From contig NW_026262745.1 of assembly GCF_021869535.1 (NCBI RefSeq), forward strand, positions 35,836,001 to 35,900,000: a DNA stretch of 64,000 bases, in the 5' to 3' direction. Below, piece after piece: positions 1-13,790 of this stretch. Every line of letters begins with the position of its first letter. Within the stretch, counting starts at the first letter, position 1. Made by a program: the position numbers and the translations under genes. The stretch comes from Mytilus californianus. Its lineage: Eukaryota. The notes under the pieces are model-generated. The model was not told where the DNA came from, made no database searches, and saw only the letters and a program-made list of their open reading frames with translations.

Positions 1-340
1 GAGGAAAAAAACATCATCTACAACTTATTTTCATATATAAATATTTTTATGTACAATTAACGTCTATTAGTTTTAAAGGAAAACATTTTTGCTCTCAAAG
101 TTTATATACATTATATAAAAAGATTTGTTTGTAGTCTGGTTGAATTTTAAGTTTTCATGTTAACAAAAGATAGATTTATAAAGCAAAGAAATCGGAAAAT
201 GCCATCAACGTATTGACTTTAATGTAATTTAATCTCGTTTTTTTTTATTATCTCTATTTATCAATATGATTGGTAGTAACAATATAATGGTTGTTGGTAA
301 ACACATTATACAATTATTGACTTTTGATGAGGTTGATACA

Positions 341-423
341 ATGATTTATCAACCCCAGAGATGTGATATTCACCAAGGCCAACGGCAGAGGTGAATATCA
401 CATCTCTGGGGTTGATAAATCAT
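341..423. repeat. Perfect DNA palindrome: 34-bp arms with a 15-nt loop
   Basis: 341-374 ATGATTTATCAACCCCAGAGATGTGATATTCACC is the exact reverse complement of 390-423; loop AAGGCCAACGGCAGA. Confidence 0.95.
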
Positions 424-677
424 TTTCTCTAATTCTATGGAAATTTATCCCTTTCCGAACCCATTGTATAAAAAAATTTAATCAACGTGTGGTTGCCGGT
501 GATCTCAAAAGATCATTGGATGATTTTAAGGGTCATAACCTTTTTAGCTAACTGGATGAATCAAAATATGCTAACAGGTGATAATGAAATTAACAACTTC
601 GTGGAATGTGAAAGGCACACGAAGGGGATTTTCGTTTAACAAAAAATAAAAATTTATTTTTTAATCATTAGAGAAAC

Positions 678-837
678 AGATTCTTACATAGTTACTCGTG
701 GATTATCGGATTTATCCAATCTCGATAGTTAGATTATAAATTTTAAAGTCCTCGCCGAGGCTCGGACTTTAAAATTGATAATTTAACTATCTCGATTGGA
801 TAAATCCGATAATCCACTGGTATCAATGTAAGAATCT
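678..837. repeat. Long imperfect palindrome: 74-bp arms with a 12-nt GC-rich loop, downstream of the Crypton gene
   Basis: Arms 678-751 and 764-837 match at 66/74 positions by manual alignment; loop TCGCCGAGGCTC. Confidence 0.92.
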
Positions 838-1181
838 ATATGTATCAGCTGATATTAAAAGTCAACTATTGCTTTATTATATGACTCTTTAGTTCTCAGT
901 GTCATTTTAATATTTTTTGATAATGAAATATATCCTTGGTTAGGTGGTATTTTGTTTAGACTGTTTTTATTTTATGCTTAGGATTTCTAATTTTAGGTTC
1001 ATTTGAGTCTGCATTATTGAAACTAGAAGAAAATTGTATCATTTCAATTTTTAAAGAACAAAACATGAAATTTGATCAATCATGACAATATTGAATTCAA
1101 CAGAATAAAAAAAAACTACATGTATATAGTAAATTTTCACTTTATATTGAAATTGATTGTTACATTTGAACAATTGTTCAA

Positions 1182-2954
1182 CTATGGTATTGTAAAGCGT
1201 CGGTCGATGTAATTTACGTTGCGATTGCAAATACTTTCATTGTCAATGTTTACACTCTGTAGGTTTTGAACACAAGATGAGTTAATGGTTTCTTTGTTGT
1301 GATTGTATGTAGTACATGTAGTGGAAATATTGTTTTTCTCATCTACTCTTGGAAGAATATCAATATCCAGGTCATTCATCAAACCATCAAATTGTGAATT
1401 AGATAATGGTTTTAATTCAAAGTCACCAAAATCCTGCCTACCACAGAGCTTTTTAGAAGGTGGCTTACGCAAAGTGGCGGATATAGTGTCATACATATTT
1501 TTCTTTATTTCATCACCTGTGTAGCCAGTATAGGTTTTGAGACTGGCTTCACTTTTATGTCCTGTTACAGTCATTATATGACGACTTGCAAATTTCTCAA
1601 TATTATCCAATACATGGAAAGAAGTGGCTCTTAATGAATGGTTCGTATAACGCACTAATAATCCAGCTTTTCCAGAAATTGTTGGCATTAAATTACCTAT
1701 AGTATTATGCCCCATTGGTATGTTATCATACCATTTAACGGAGTTCAGTTTTGTGCTAGGTAGTTGAAATAGGCGATCACATTTTTTTTCTCGCAAATGA
1801 CTCGTATATAATCTGAAGGATCTCACTGGGCATAAGTCATCTGCAATGAAAAATAGAATTTTATAAAAAAAATAGATTTTGCAATAAAGAAGGAATATCA
1901 ACAACAAGTATCCGAAAATGCATACATAGTAATTGGTACAAACATATACATACTACGGCTATATATATACAATGTATTATAAATTAGTGTGTATTTGTAC
2001 GACTCAATGCTATATACATGTAATAATGGATTTATTTGTACGGCTCGATGCTATTTAATAATGAATGTATTTGTATGGCTCGATGCTATTTAATACAGCT
2101 ATTATTTGGTAGGTGTCACAGAAAACTTACCCCACTGCATTTCAATTTTTAAATTTTTAATGTAGAATGAATAAAATAAATACTATATACTAACCATCAC
2201 TAGCATACATTCTGCCATCAGCAGTGTTTTCATCCTGTTGATGATTTTGTGTCAATTCACCTGATGACATATATATGTACACTCTCCCATCAACATCTGT
2301 TGTGGCTCCGAAATCTGTAGTTTTAAGTTCATGAATGTTTTCACGACCTCTTCTCCCAAAATACAACATAAGGTCAACAAAGACTTTTTCCTTGAGTTAA
2401 ACATTGTTATCACATCAAAATATTCATACAATTTCTTTAAATCTGACAATTCAGTCGGGGGTAATGATTAATTCCTCCTTTACCCTGACGTTTAAGGTCT
2501 TTCATGGTTGCTAAAATCACCTTGTTTGAGTCCTTGAAATCAGCGTCATGAATGATGTCCTTACCACTATCGAAATTTGATAGTGTCTGTTGATTCCATG
2601 TCTTAATGAAAACAGATTTGTTTTCTTGTACAGTTAACCGCTTTCCGTGCGATCATCAGGAAAAAATCTAAACAAAATACTGTTCAATTCATTGTTAGGC
2701 AAATTCTCGAAATTTTCTGGTAGATTATTCTCCCGTAAATAAGATTTGAATGTCCTTACGCGAGTATTTTTAGATTCCTTTTCTATCAAAATCGTCTTAA
2801 TTTCTTCATCATTTAACGAGGAAAAGCGTTTTTCAGTAGCTACATCTGCTGCTCTAGCCATACTTTGTTGCCGGAAACACATAACTGTCGTCTGCGAGTT
2901 AAAACGATTCTTTAACGAGAGCGTTGATTTGTTGATATTTATTTGATCGTCCAA
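1182..2954 (-). pseudogene. Crypton-type tyrosine recombinase (DUF3504/CryptonV-like), disrupted
   Basis: N-terminal RFSSLNDEEIK..KESKNTR..FKSYLRE; VFVDLMLYFGRRGRENI with catalytic Arg (about 2330-2385); GRMYASD|DDLCPV; NHSLRAT (HxxR), TGHKS and LKTY (catalytic Tyr). In-frame stop at 2634 and frameshifts between 2400 and 2590. Confidence 0.85.
1841..2194 (-). other. GT-AG spliceosomal intron inside the Crypton YR gene
   Basis: Donor GATG|GTTAGT at 2194; pyrimidine-rich acceptor TTTTTCATTGCAG at 1841. Splicing restores the frame GRMYASD-D-DLCPV. Contains about three ~35-bp tandem units (GTACGGCTCGATGCTA). Confidence 0.75.
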
Positions 2955-3769
2955 TTAAAAACCATTTTATTTATACATGCCTAAAATAGCTAACAAGAAT
3001 CTTACGTTTCTATATTTAGGTACGAGGACACTGTTCCAAATCTTATATTAACCTCTCGTGATTTTATCTACGCTGAATATATGTTTTATCAAAGAGGATT
3101 TCCTATGCTCTTAGCCAATAAGAAAACAGAAAATTTATAGTCATATCATAATACTAGATGGAACGTCCTGAGTCTTTTTATGATATATTTTCTGGAGTCG
3201 GTAACGACTTTTAATTGTGAATAATCTGTCCACCTATATATTTTTGGGACGTCTCGGGCGTTTTCCTTCATGTTAAGGATAGCAATGTGCTGTATATCTG
3301 ATTACCAAAAAAACTTAATCAACCATCATTAATGATCTAAATTTTCAAAGTAAACAACTTTAATTATGTGAAAGTTGGCTAGTACAGTTGAGAAATTTCT
3401 CATATTATAATCTTTAAAAAAGCTTTAATTTCGATTGAAAAACCCATAGGCCTTTTTCTAATATAGTATTTGTCTCCATAAAAGGCGCTTAACTGTCCTA
3501 GTCAATTTTTTAGTCTTTGGTTAAAGTTCGTTTGTACATTTTGTAAACATGCCTACAGCGAAATGTTTTTGTGTCTGTGTTACTCTCTTTTGTTATTCTT
3601 GATAAAATAATAATAATATAATAAATGCAGAGGAAATGCCAGAAACGTCCTCTAATACGGAACATCGGGAATAAAGTATGGCAGTCGACAAAGACCCAAA
3701 TTTAATGTCAAAGGAACATAAACATGAACAAGGCGACGGTACCAGTATTAAATTGTTAAAGGTTCTCGT

Positions 3770-3870
3770 AAATATTGCCCGGTCTGGGAGAAGTTATGGC
3801 CCTTGTTACCGTATGATGGCAGCAAAATGTACTGCAAATCTTGCCAAAAATCATTTCAGCTAACTTGGAA
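3770..3870 (+). pseudogene. Possible hAT-transposase TTF-type zinc-finger fragment
   Basis: One frame reads WEKLWPLLPYDGSKMYCKSCQK, resembling W.K.WPWL.YD...MYC..C; short, with no supporting downstream transposase. Confidence 0.25.
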
Positions 3871-6800
3871 TTTAATTGGTCTTGTTTTCTTATTAAGATT
3901 CATTTCTTCTTTCTCCAATTTTGTGCAACAAAATCTAGGTCAGCTACTTTTAATCTGCCATTGTCGTAGTTCTAGTAACTCAGTTTATTGTTTTTGCCCA
4001 ATATTAATGCAGAGTACCAGTTATTACTTTTATCTTTTATTATGTTACTACTATTATTGTACTGTATGGTTTGATAATTATTATACATCTATGTACAAGT
4101 TTCATGTTTTCTCAAAAGAATGAATTTTAATCAAATATCATAGATATTTCAATAATTACTAGTACATATTTTTAAAAATCAGTCCAGATCAGATGTCTAA
4201 TCTTGATATCAGCATTTCCTCATTAATGATTCTGTTCATTGAAGTGGTTTTGGTCTAGTCATATATTACTCATTTTTATGGTGTTTTATTATAAGCCATT
4301 TAAAGTGTATTTTCGGAGTGATGTTACATTTCATGAACTCATACGATGTCATTCTTAGTCACATCAGAAACATATAATCTTTATGTCTTTAGTCACATAA
4401 ATCTCCATGAACTTAATTAACTTTTATTTACTGAAACTACAAAAGCACAGGAACAATATCCATGATATCAATTAAAATCATACAGGTTCGTACCTTTTTG
4501 CTGAAATATACATATTTTCTAATTTTTGTTATAAAAGAATGGCCCACTCATTAGACAACATGGTCCATTAATTCTAAAAATAGCCCATTGATTTTATTTT
4601 TTGGGGGCCCTGGGGGCCCATAGAAAAAAATCCTTCCAGATCACTGTAATCAATGTTATTGTTTGTTTCTTAAAAATAGTGTTCCCCTCCTACAAAATTT
4701 TCAAGTGTTATTGATTTAGTAACTTTAGAAGGTATTATGCAAGGTTAAGTATAAAAAAACAATCGTCGTACGTATCTTTTGGTTAGAATTTAAATGACTT
4801 TGTTTCTTCTGTCAGATCATTTGTTTGATTAACGATATATGAGGATATAAATTCACACTGGGTCACTGCAACTCTTATTACAGGTAAATCATGTATCCTT
4901 CTTACATAACAATGACGTGTCTCCAACAAGAAATTATTAACCTGTTATAAAAAAAAAATATCACATGTTGGGAAAGGTGAACACACCATTTTTCAACGAC
5001 AAAAGATTTAAATGTCCATAAAATATATTTTTCAAGTATATTGATCATGTTGATTAAAGATATATCATCTATTGCTTGCCAACGTATTTGTTAAGAGTTG
5101 TACAGAGATGTTAGTAAGTATTAAATATATTTATAAGACTCTAGTGTATTGACTTATAAAAAAAAAACATAATTCAAAATATTTGAAATAGGTATAACTC
5201 TTCATTTCTACTAAAATATATTACGTAAAACTGGAAATAATGAAGAATAGTTATTAATTCAAAAGTATATTTTAAAAGAAGCCTATTGAGTAAATGTACG
5301 TTAAAACGGGAAGCAGAACTGTAATATTAACACATTAAGGCCGTGAATAGTGTTCATTTGTATGTCACAGTATATGTAATGTTTGCATATCCAGTTTAAA
5401 AATAACAGAAAAGTCCATTCCCAGCTAAATTCGATTTCTTTAAGTATAATTCTTTATTTCAACTTATGTGAAACTTGAAATAGTTACACAGTTTATATAG
5501 TATTTGTTTTGAATTTACAGTTGTGCTTTGTTCGTTCTTGTCTCTGCAAGACAAATCAATCATTTTAATTCTATTATCAATTAACATTGTGTGCATCTTA
5601 TTTCTTATATTCATTTAGGATATGACATTTTTGCAAAAGCTAAACTATTTTATTTCTATACATTTTGAATCAAATAATTTTTCAGCCAAAGACAATGTTT
5701 AAGAAATGCAATCTATTTCTTTTTCCCAGAAAAGGTGTTCTTTGTGCTTTTATTACACGCGGAGTCCTCTTTTTCCTATTGAGATACATCAACCGTATTG
5801 TTCACACTCTGATATGGGCGATTATCAAAATCAAAATGAGCTTCATTTTATCTCTGAATTATTAATAAATATATGTGTGCATGGATTCTTATAATAGCAA
5901 AATGATTGGAATCTTTTGATTGTAAAACATGTAGTCTACAAGGATCCTGCATCGTTCATCTCGTTCTTAATAAAACAGATTCTTTACAGCTATACAAAAT
6001 AATCAACGATACCAGGATTCTAATATGGTATGCCAGACACTCGTTTCGTCTACTTAAGACTCATCATTGGCGCTGGAATGAATACAGTTCGAATGCCAAA
6101 TTAAATACAAAGTTAAAGACAACTTAACAGAAAGTTCTACATATTTGTGCGAAAATACGACTTTTTATAACTGGAGGTAGAAACACCTTAGTGTTTCCAG
6201 TAATTCAACACGTTGAACACTGAAAATGTATAGAAAATGAACATATCAATGATAGAATCTTGAAGTTCCATGGAATTAAAATGAAGGGATCCCAACTTTG
6301 TATACAACTTAAGCTTCATTGTTTCTGGAACAGTTGTTTTAAGGACACAACAACTTCGTCAAATACTTTAGAGTCATTATTCCCGGCACAGTCGTGTTAA
6401 GAGGACACATACTTCGTAAAACAACTTTAGCGCAGTGTTCTTCGCACAGTCAGTATTAAAAAGTCACTATTTGCTTTCATCCCCTCTTTATTTCTCCCAC
6501 TCTCTAATTTTCACATCCATGTACAAGTATGGCGTTTTTCAAAAGTTCATACTAAAAAATCATAAAGGTCCACAGGAGATGCATATTTGTGTGCGTGGAA
6601 AAAGGTGGTAAAAGATTTCAAAATATTAGGGAACTTTGAAAATATGAATGTTGAATTTGAACGTCCTTGACCGTTTTTCTAACAATTTTCATTTGCATCG
6701 ATCGATATAACACGATTAAAAAAAAATGTGTTAATTTATCTTCCGCCTCTTTTTTAAAACTTTTTTATTTCTTCTTAAAGTGTACATAGATTACAAAATA

Positions 6801-7084
6801 AAGAAGACATTTTTTTTCTTTACTTCCGCATTTATAAAAGATTTAAATTAAGGCAACAGTAGTTGCCCGTTGTTTGAATTTAGTAATTCGACTAAGAAGA
6901 GGCAAATCAAGGTAACAAACAAAAACTGAGGAAATTGCATGCATTCCATAATGAGCAAGAACGGAGCGTCGACAGGGTAAGCGGCGTCTCCTGCTATCGT
7001 GTATCCCCCTCCATACGAATCAACACTCATTTAAAATGTTACATTCCCGGCACAGTCGTATTTCCGGTCTTTTTTTTTGTTTGA

Positions 7085-7500
7085 TGTTTTTCTGCTTTGT
7101 ATCGATCTGTTGAGTTAAATTTTTTCAACTGATTTTATTGTTTGTTCTTATGTTGTACTGTTATACCACTGTTCCAAGTTAGGAGGAGAGTTGGCGTCTT
7201 CAAACAAGTTTAACCCCGCCACATTCTTTATGTGCCTGTCCCAAGTCAGGTGCCTGTAGATCAGTTGTCGTTTTTTCATGTCTGTCATATTTATTTTTCA
7301 TAAATTGTTTTGATAAACATTAGGCCGTTAGTTTTCTCAATTGAATTGTTACTTATTTTCATGTAAGGGCCTTTTAAAGCCGACTATAGGGTACGGGTTT
7401 TTCTCATTTTGTAAGGCCGCACGGTTGCCTTTGATTGCTAATATCCACTTCAATTGACCTGTGGTGGATAGTTGTATCGTTGTCAAGCATACCAAATTTT
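7085..7500 (+). mobile_element. Naiad-type PLE-derived 3' end repeat (family A), diverged
   Basis: GTTTAACCCCGCCACATTC..CCTGTCCCAAGTCAGG core and a degenerate GATAGTTGT..CATACCA terminus; reverse-complement match to 45735-46060. Confidence 0.7.
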
Positions 7501-8350
7501 TATATAGACAATATGATTGAATTGGAAGGATATTGTTATTTTTCATAAATATAAAAGTTAAAGTTGTATTTCCAAGCAATACAAAATTATTTTGAACCTA
7601 GACATTTTTGTCTGAATTTAAAATTGGCACCCCAAAATTAAAACAATTACTCTCCTTTATCGAGCATCGTTATCAAGATACATGTACCCGAAATTTTACA
7701 TAATTTCAATTCAATGAAACATCTAAACAAAAAACTTTCAATGATGAGAATATTTTGATCGCTACATCATATTTTTGTTTCTTTCAAAATGACAAGAACT
7801 GTTTGTTATAATTTCAAACAATTAAGATCGGAGTCGAACGGATTTGCCACAAGCGCGATTCTAACACAAAACCTCAGTATGTGATAGACTAGTGATTTCT
7901 GTATATGAGCTACTTGAACTACTCGCCCATCAAGGGCTCGCGTGTATCTAAACATATTGGTATCAACTAACACCTGCAAGTGAAGTATATTGCAAATCAA
8001 AATCATGAGAAAAAAAAACTGACAAGATTTGATATATCAGCATCTACTGTATGCTGACTACTATTGCAGTACAATGCAACCCAAAAGGAACTTTCTATCG
8101 TATTTCTGTAATAAGTAAACAAACATTAATGGCGGGACTATTTTTTAGCGCTAACAAATTCTTTTAAACCTTTAGTACAAGGAGTGTAATAAGGTTTTTA
8201 CTGTCACCGCTCTTAAAGTTGTTATGGTAGTTATGCTTCGAAAGCACGAAATCAAGAAAATGTAAATTCCATTTATTCTATTGAAAGAAAAGTAATCGTT
8301 CAATTTTGATTTCTAATGAGTTGTCTTTACAATTCCTTTTGGAAGATTCT

Positions 8351-8390
8351 ACACACACTCTCCTCACAAACACACACACACACACACACA
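8351..8390. repeat. (CA)n microsatellite
   Basis: Interrupted CA run; 10 perfect units at 8371-8390. Confidence 0.9.
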
Positions 8391-10819
8391 AATCTGCCTA
8401 TCTACTCGGTTTATATGTATGTTTCGTAACTATTATTTTTCTTTCAGTATTGGTTTGCAGAGAAAATAAAGGGGATAGTTCTATCTACAATAGCTGTTGA
8501 AGCTTTGAGTTAATATGATGGACTACAATCTGCATTATATTGCAGGGCCATAATGGAGGACATATATAGAAAAGGTAAAAGTTCTATATCTATTACTGCG
8601 TTCATTGACAACAAAAAATATCTGAGGCATTGCTATCACCATACTTGTGGAGGACAAACGCTTAAGAAGAGATATAGCCTCAATATGCAATATGATACAA
8701 AATAAATGTGTTGACGTATTATGATGTCCAGGAAAAATTCAGCCAGCTAATTCTATGACAAAAAGAGAGACCTCTGGAAAAGAATTGTTAAATGTCCTAC
8801 AGACAAGAAGAATGCTAGGATAATTTGTGTGAATTAACAATAACACTTTTCTATATTTTTGAAAAAAGGGGCATAATAACTCCATGACTCGATGACAGTC
8901 TGATTCAATGACGGTCACTAGAAAAAGAATCAACATTTATGAATACGTGTTCTGAAAAACTTTAAATAACGGAGCATAATAATCCCTCAGACCTATGGAA
9001 AGTCTAATCCCATGATGGTCACAGTAAAAACATTAAATTACACATATAACAATAACCTTTGATATATGCCTCAAAAACAAGAGATTATTATTAATGTTTA
9101 TTACTATATATGATATTAATCTTAGGTAAGTGCACCAAGAAGGACAACTCTAACTTACTTCTTTCACTTAAATTAACTCTTTAATTTCAAAGACAGTGCA
9201 TGTTGTTAATGGATGAGGTTAAAAGGAAGTAATTAAAGATGACTAGCGCCACCTAGTTTTTACATCCAAAATAATAGGTAGAACTGCCCTGCTAATTAGA
9301 AAAGAAAATTGAAATAGTGAGAAATGAGTGTTGGCTATTGGTGTAGAAATAGCGAGAAACTTGGAGGAAACTATCTGTGATGAACAAAAGTTTCTGTGAA
9401 AATTTAGGCAAGAAGTGTTCTTCATTCATACTCTTTTGAAAACTCTAGAGCCAAAGAGTCACCTTAAAAAAAACTTTTTTCTATCAAAAAAGCTGCGGCA
9501 CCATATAAGTTTTGCAATTGTATTCACACCCAAAGATGTTGAAAATTTAGAATTTGACACTTTTTTTAACGGATTTTTATAGTGAAAACGCAGAACTAAA
9601 AAAGAGGCTACCATTGCCGCCTATGTTAATAATAACTTCAGTTTAACCAAGAATAAACACATGTTGAAACTTGAATGGTGTCTAGTGTTTACCAGGCATG
9701 TGCACAGGACATATTTCTGAATGAAACACATTTAAAACCAAAAGTTTAGAAATTGAGCAAATGTACAGTTACGTTTATTAGGACTTGGAAGTTTACAAAA
9801 AAAAAAAAAATGTTGAGACCAAAACTTATGAAAGCAAATAAAAGTAAAGTATCATTTATCAAATAATTAAGATAAAAGTTAAGAAACCAAAGAATGTAAG
9901 GTTAACTTCACAAACACATTTGAGACCTAAATTTAAGAAAGCGAACAAAAGTCAAACACATTTGACAAAACGTTTAATCAATCTAGTTATATATTAATGT
10001 TACCCAATTGGGATATTATCTACAGTTGAAAAACAATTGAGCAGTTTCTTTCAATTTTTTCTATTGTAGACCGCTATTACATAAATGTGAATTTCTCTTG
10101 CACATCTCCATCTATTCGTTTTTTGTTAATTTATAGCAGAAATCTAATTGAATTCCTTTCCGCGATAAGCCAGACAGTAACTTTCCTGTTACTTTAGAAA
10201 TGCTTCTGTTTCCAACCTTTTTCTTTATATAAGCCATCATGTCAATATGAAAACCTGCAGATTTTGGGCGAAAATCCGAGTTTTAAGTTGACATAATAGA
10301 TACTCTGAATGCCAATGTTTCTGTGGCCATTGAGCTGATATCACGAAGATCTGATAATTGTCTATTAAGATTTTATTTTCCAATTGCAGATATGCGTATA
10401 CAAACATTTTTCTCCTTGTTATTGTCAAAGCGTCTAGTGATAGGACATTTAGATGTTGCTCCAGGAACAAAGTATGTCTTTTTGACGTTTATATATTGAA
10501 TCGAAAAAATAAATCGAAGGATTCCCCAATCTTTCATATTTGAACTACACGATAGTTCAGAGACCGTTATGTATACTGAACTTAGGCATGACAAAGTTGA
10601 TCTGCTACAAATGAAAGAAGTTTTCCTTCCCGTTATATTGATTTCCTTCAAAAGTATGTTGTTGTGCAACCGCTTAGATTAATATCATCGGCTTGGCGAT
10701 CTTGTATTCCTTGATTGTGTGATGTATTGGACCACTCGGACCAGTCTAGTGTTTTCCGAATTAATTAAAAACTGATTGGCCTTCCAGATGCCTGAAAACT
10801 TATGTAGAACAGACCCTTT

Positions 10820-11045
10820 TCTAAGTAAAAACCATCCTCCTAGATACACCATATTGAATGTGGGTATTTCACTTGACTTCTCTCTGTTGATTAGAAAACT
10901 TCCTTTTTGGTAATATAGCTCTTTAACTGTTTCGGTTCTTGTACATCCTTTGCTTTCAATATTCGGCTTCTCGCGTTCCTGATGAAGGTAAATCCAGAAA
11001 AGCGCGTCGGACGCATAACATTTATAACGTGTTGTTTTCGTTTTT
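10820..11045 (+). mobile_element. Retrozyme-like repeat, family 2 (partial)
   Basis: Homologous to 36330-36490 (CCTTTTTGGT..AGCTCT..AACTGTTTCG..TTTCAA..ATTCGGC); ends in a hammerhead motif. Confidence 0.7.
10973..11014 (+). ncRNA. Type I hammerhead ribozyme-like motif, variant stem II
   Basis: Stem I GCGUUC/GGACGC; core CUGAUGA; AGG-UAAAU-CCA; GAAA; palindromic GCGC loop; GUC cleavage triplet. Confidence 0.65.
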
Positions 11046-13404
11046 TTAGTAAGTTTGGTAGATCTAGACATTTTCTCCGACTTTGCTTTTTGTGGAGACT
11101 ATGAAGGTGGTCCAAAAGGAAGGACTGCTAGCACTGATTTTGGACGCAAAATGTGAGATGCTTGCGATGTTGTTGACAAAGGCTGGACATGTAAATAAAC
11201 GTCGCTTAGTTTCATTGAAATGGTTTAGTCTCTAATACTTTTGTTAAAGTGTCCATTTTGCAATGTATTTTCTTGAAGGGTCTTAAATTCATTACTGATC
11301 TCATTTTTCCAATCTTTTAGGGAACCAGTACCATGTAATGTAAAAACCTACTGATGTTGGTATATCTGGCTGAATCTGATAAATGTTCACATTAAAAGTC
11401 TTAGTCGGATACAGTTTTCCTCGGGGATCCGAAAAGAACAATAAGTTATATCAGCTTACTTTCATCTGTCTTATTTCATAATCATTAGCTAATAAAAATT
11501 ACCAAAAATATATCTGACAAGTAAATTAAATCTATTAAAACCAAACTTAGATCACTGGCTATATCAAGTACTTAAATTGTTACTATAAGCAGTATAGGTG
11601 CTATAGTTCTAGAGACTTTAATTTTTCAATTTTCATAACGTACTACAGCACTAGAGGTACCATTTCTTTTATTAATAGTATACTCTTAAGAAATCGTGCA
11701 GTTGTTTACGTTATTCTTTAAGTTTATGAGTTTGTCCTCCAATCTTGCTATAAACTGTCTCACTAGATGTAGTACTTTGTAAATACAATTGTTTCACTAA
11801 CCACGCCACTTTTCGGGAGATATTTTATATTCATATATATGTTGTTGTGTTTACCTTCTGGTTCCCAGATATGATCTCCATGTTTCATCTCGAAAGACAC
11901 ACAACGTGAAAATTTCACCAGTATAAATATTTTTGGATAGCGGACACATTAGGTTCTGAGGAAGACTCAAAGTAAAGGAAGGGGTAGTGTTGAATTTTAG
12001 ACTAAGTTTAAACTCTAAGAAGTTCAAGGCATATACATGTTGAAAATATGCCGCACAACCCTATGTTTTGACCATTGCAAACAATAGAAGTGCATAATAA
12101 CTTTCCATTTTAGGATATGATTTATTACGAAACTTCATAGTAAAAGTAGCACAGATTTAGCCATCAAAGATGTTTCTATGGGAAATTGCATTGTCTATAT
12201 TTACAGAAGTGTAACCTATAAAGGGATGAATACAGTTGTCATGTATATCTTTCAAATTTTTCAAACCAGACTCTGAAGCTGCAGCATTTCATAGTGTCAT
12301 GTGGTGAATAGCACCGGGATGTCTGAACAAAAAAGCACATAAATCATAAACTAATTGTAAAGTTTCATTACTAACATGTACATTATCAAAACTAGCTAAC
12401 AAGGTTGATTAGGCTTGTTGTATATAACAACATTGATATCATACCCACGTAAGCAGCTATCTGACCTTGAAAAGCTGAAGTCATCCAATTTTTTTTTTTT
12501 TAATGTTGGGTAAACAATTGTTCTATTTATTTACTGACTAAACTGATTTTGCCCAATGTTAAGTTCTATTCATTTGTTCTAATAAATCTTCCACAAACGG
12601 AACTTGAAACAGCTGATAGATTTAACATTCTTACATGATTTATTTAATTTTAGAAATGGAATATTCTTCCATAGTCCTGGACGGTGATGACCCGTCCCAA
12701 AATAAATGTTAACATCTGTTATACAATTAAAGCATCGAGGAATTAAATAATAGTTTGGTAGAAAAAAGTCCACAATATGTAATTGTGTACCGAAAAAAAC
12801 CCAACGTTTATAGTTTCAGTAAAGAATAAAACACAATATCAATGCAATAATAATTGCTTTCAATTAAGATAAAGCTAATCAACTCACAGAAACTATTGGA
12901 GATTTTGAGTGAATATTTTTAACATGAAATAAAATATCATATCATTCTATGAATATTTCTCAGTAAATGGATTATAAAAAAAAAGTGAAGTAGTGTGGAA
13001 TTTAGTGGTTGTCGTTGTTGATTTCTGTCATATTTGCTTCCGTTCTTTGTTTTTATTTTACCATAAATCAGTCAGCTATTTTTCCTTACTTAAATTGTTT
13101 CACATTTTGTGATACCAGTGCCTTGGTTAGCTTTCTTTACGGTATCAGTTTTGCTTATACTTAATATATGGTGATCTAAAATGTATATGTGTTTACATCA
13201 TTTTTCGTCGGTCTATGATTGGTGGTTGTCTCATTGGCAATCGTACCACATCTCCATATATTTATACAGATTATTATTTCCTTGAACCTGATTATCATTG
13301 TATTTGGAAATAGAAAGGAGATAACAGGAATTGAAATACATGTATACAGTATGTTCACTGGTGTTAATATGTCCTTTGATTGAGTTCAGATATTTCAGTT
13401 GATA

Positions 13405-13790
13405 TGTTATAGTGTGTTTTTCTATGTTGTGATGTTACACTATTGTTTCAGAAAAAGGGTAAATGTTTGGTACCATTAAAACGTTTAAATCCGCTGCATT
13501 TGTTTGCACCTGTCCTAAGTCAGGAATCTGATGTTCAGTAGTTGTCGTTTGTTGATGTGGTTCATAAGTGTTTCTCGTTTTTCGTTTTTCATATAGATTA
13601 GACCGTTAGTTTTCCCGTTTGAATGGTTTTACACTAGTAATTTTTGGGGCCCTTTATAGCTTGCTGTTCGGTGTGAGCCAAGGCTCCGTGTTGAAGACCG
13701 TACTTTGTCCTATAATGGTTTACTTTTATAAATTTTGACTTGGATGGAGAGTTGTCTCATTGGCACTCATACCACATCTTCTTATATCTA
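13405..13790 (+). mobile_element. Naiad-type PLE-derived 3' end repeat (family A subfamily), well preserved
   Basis: CCTGTCCTAAGTCAGGAATCTG core; terminus GAGAGTTGTCTCATTGGCACTCATACCACATCTTCTT; same subfamily in reverse at 41625-41708. Confidence 0.75.

Noticed and set aside
830-3002. 8-bp direct repeat AAGAATCT (830-837, 2995-3002) flanking the Crypton gene as possible element termini
   Set aside because: An AT-rich 8-mer can recur by chance, and no empty site is available to confirm the boundaries
11100-11350. Minus-strand coding-like stretch (VFTLHGTGSLKDWKNE..)
   Set aside because: Short, interrupted by stops and without a recognisable domain
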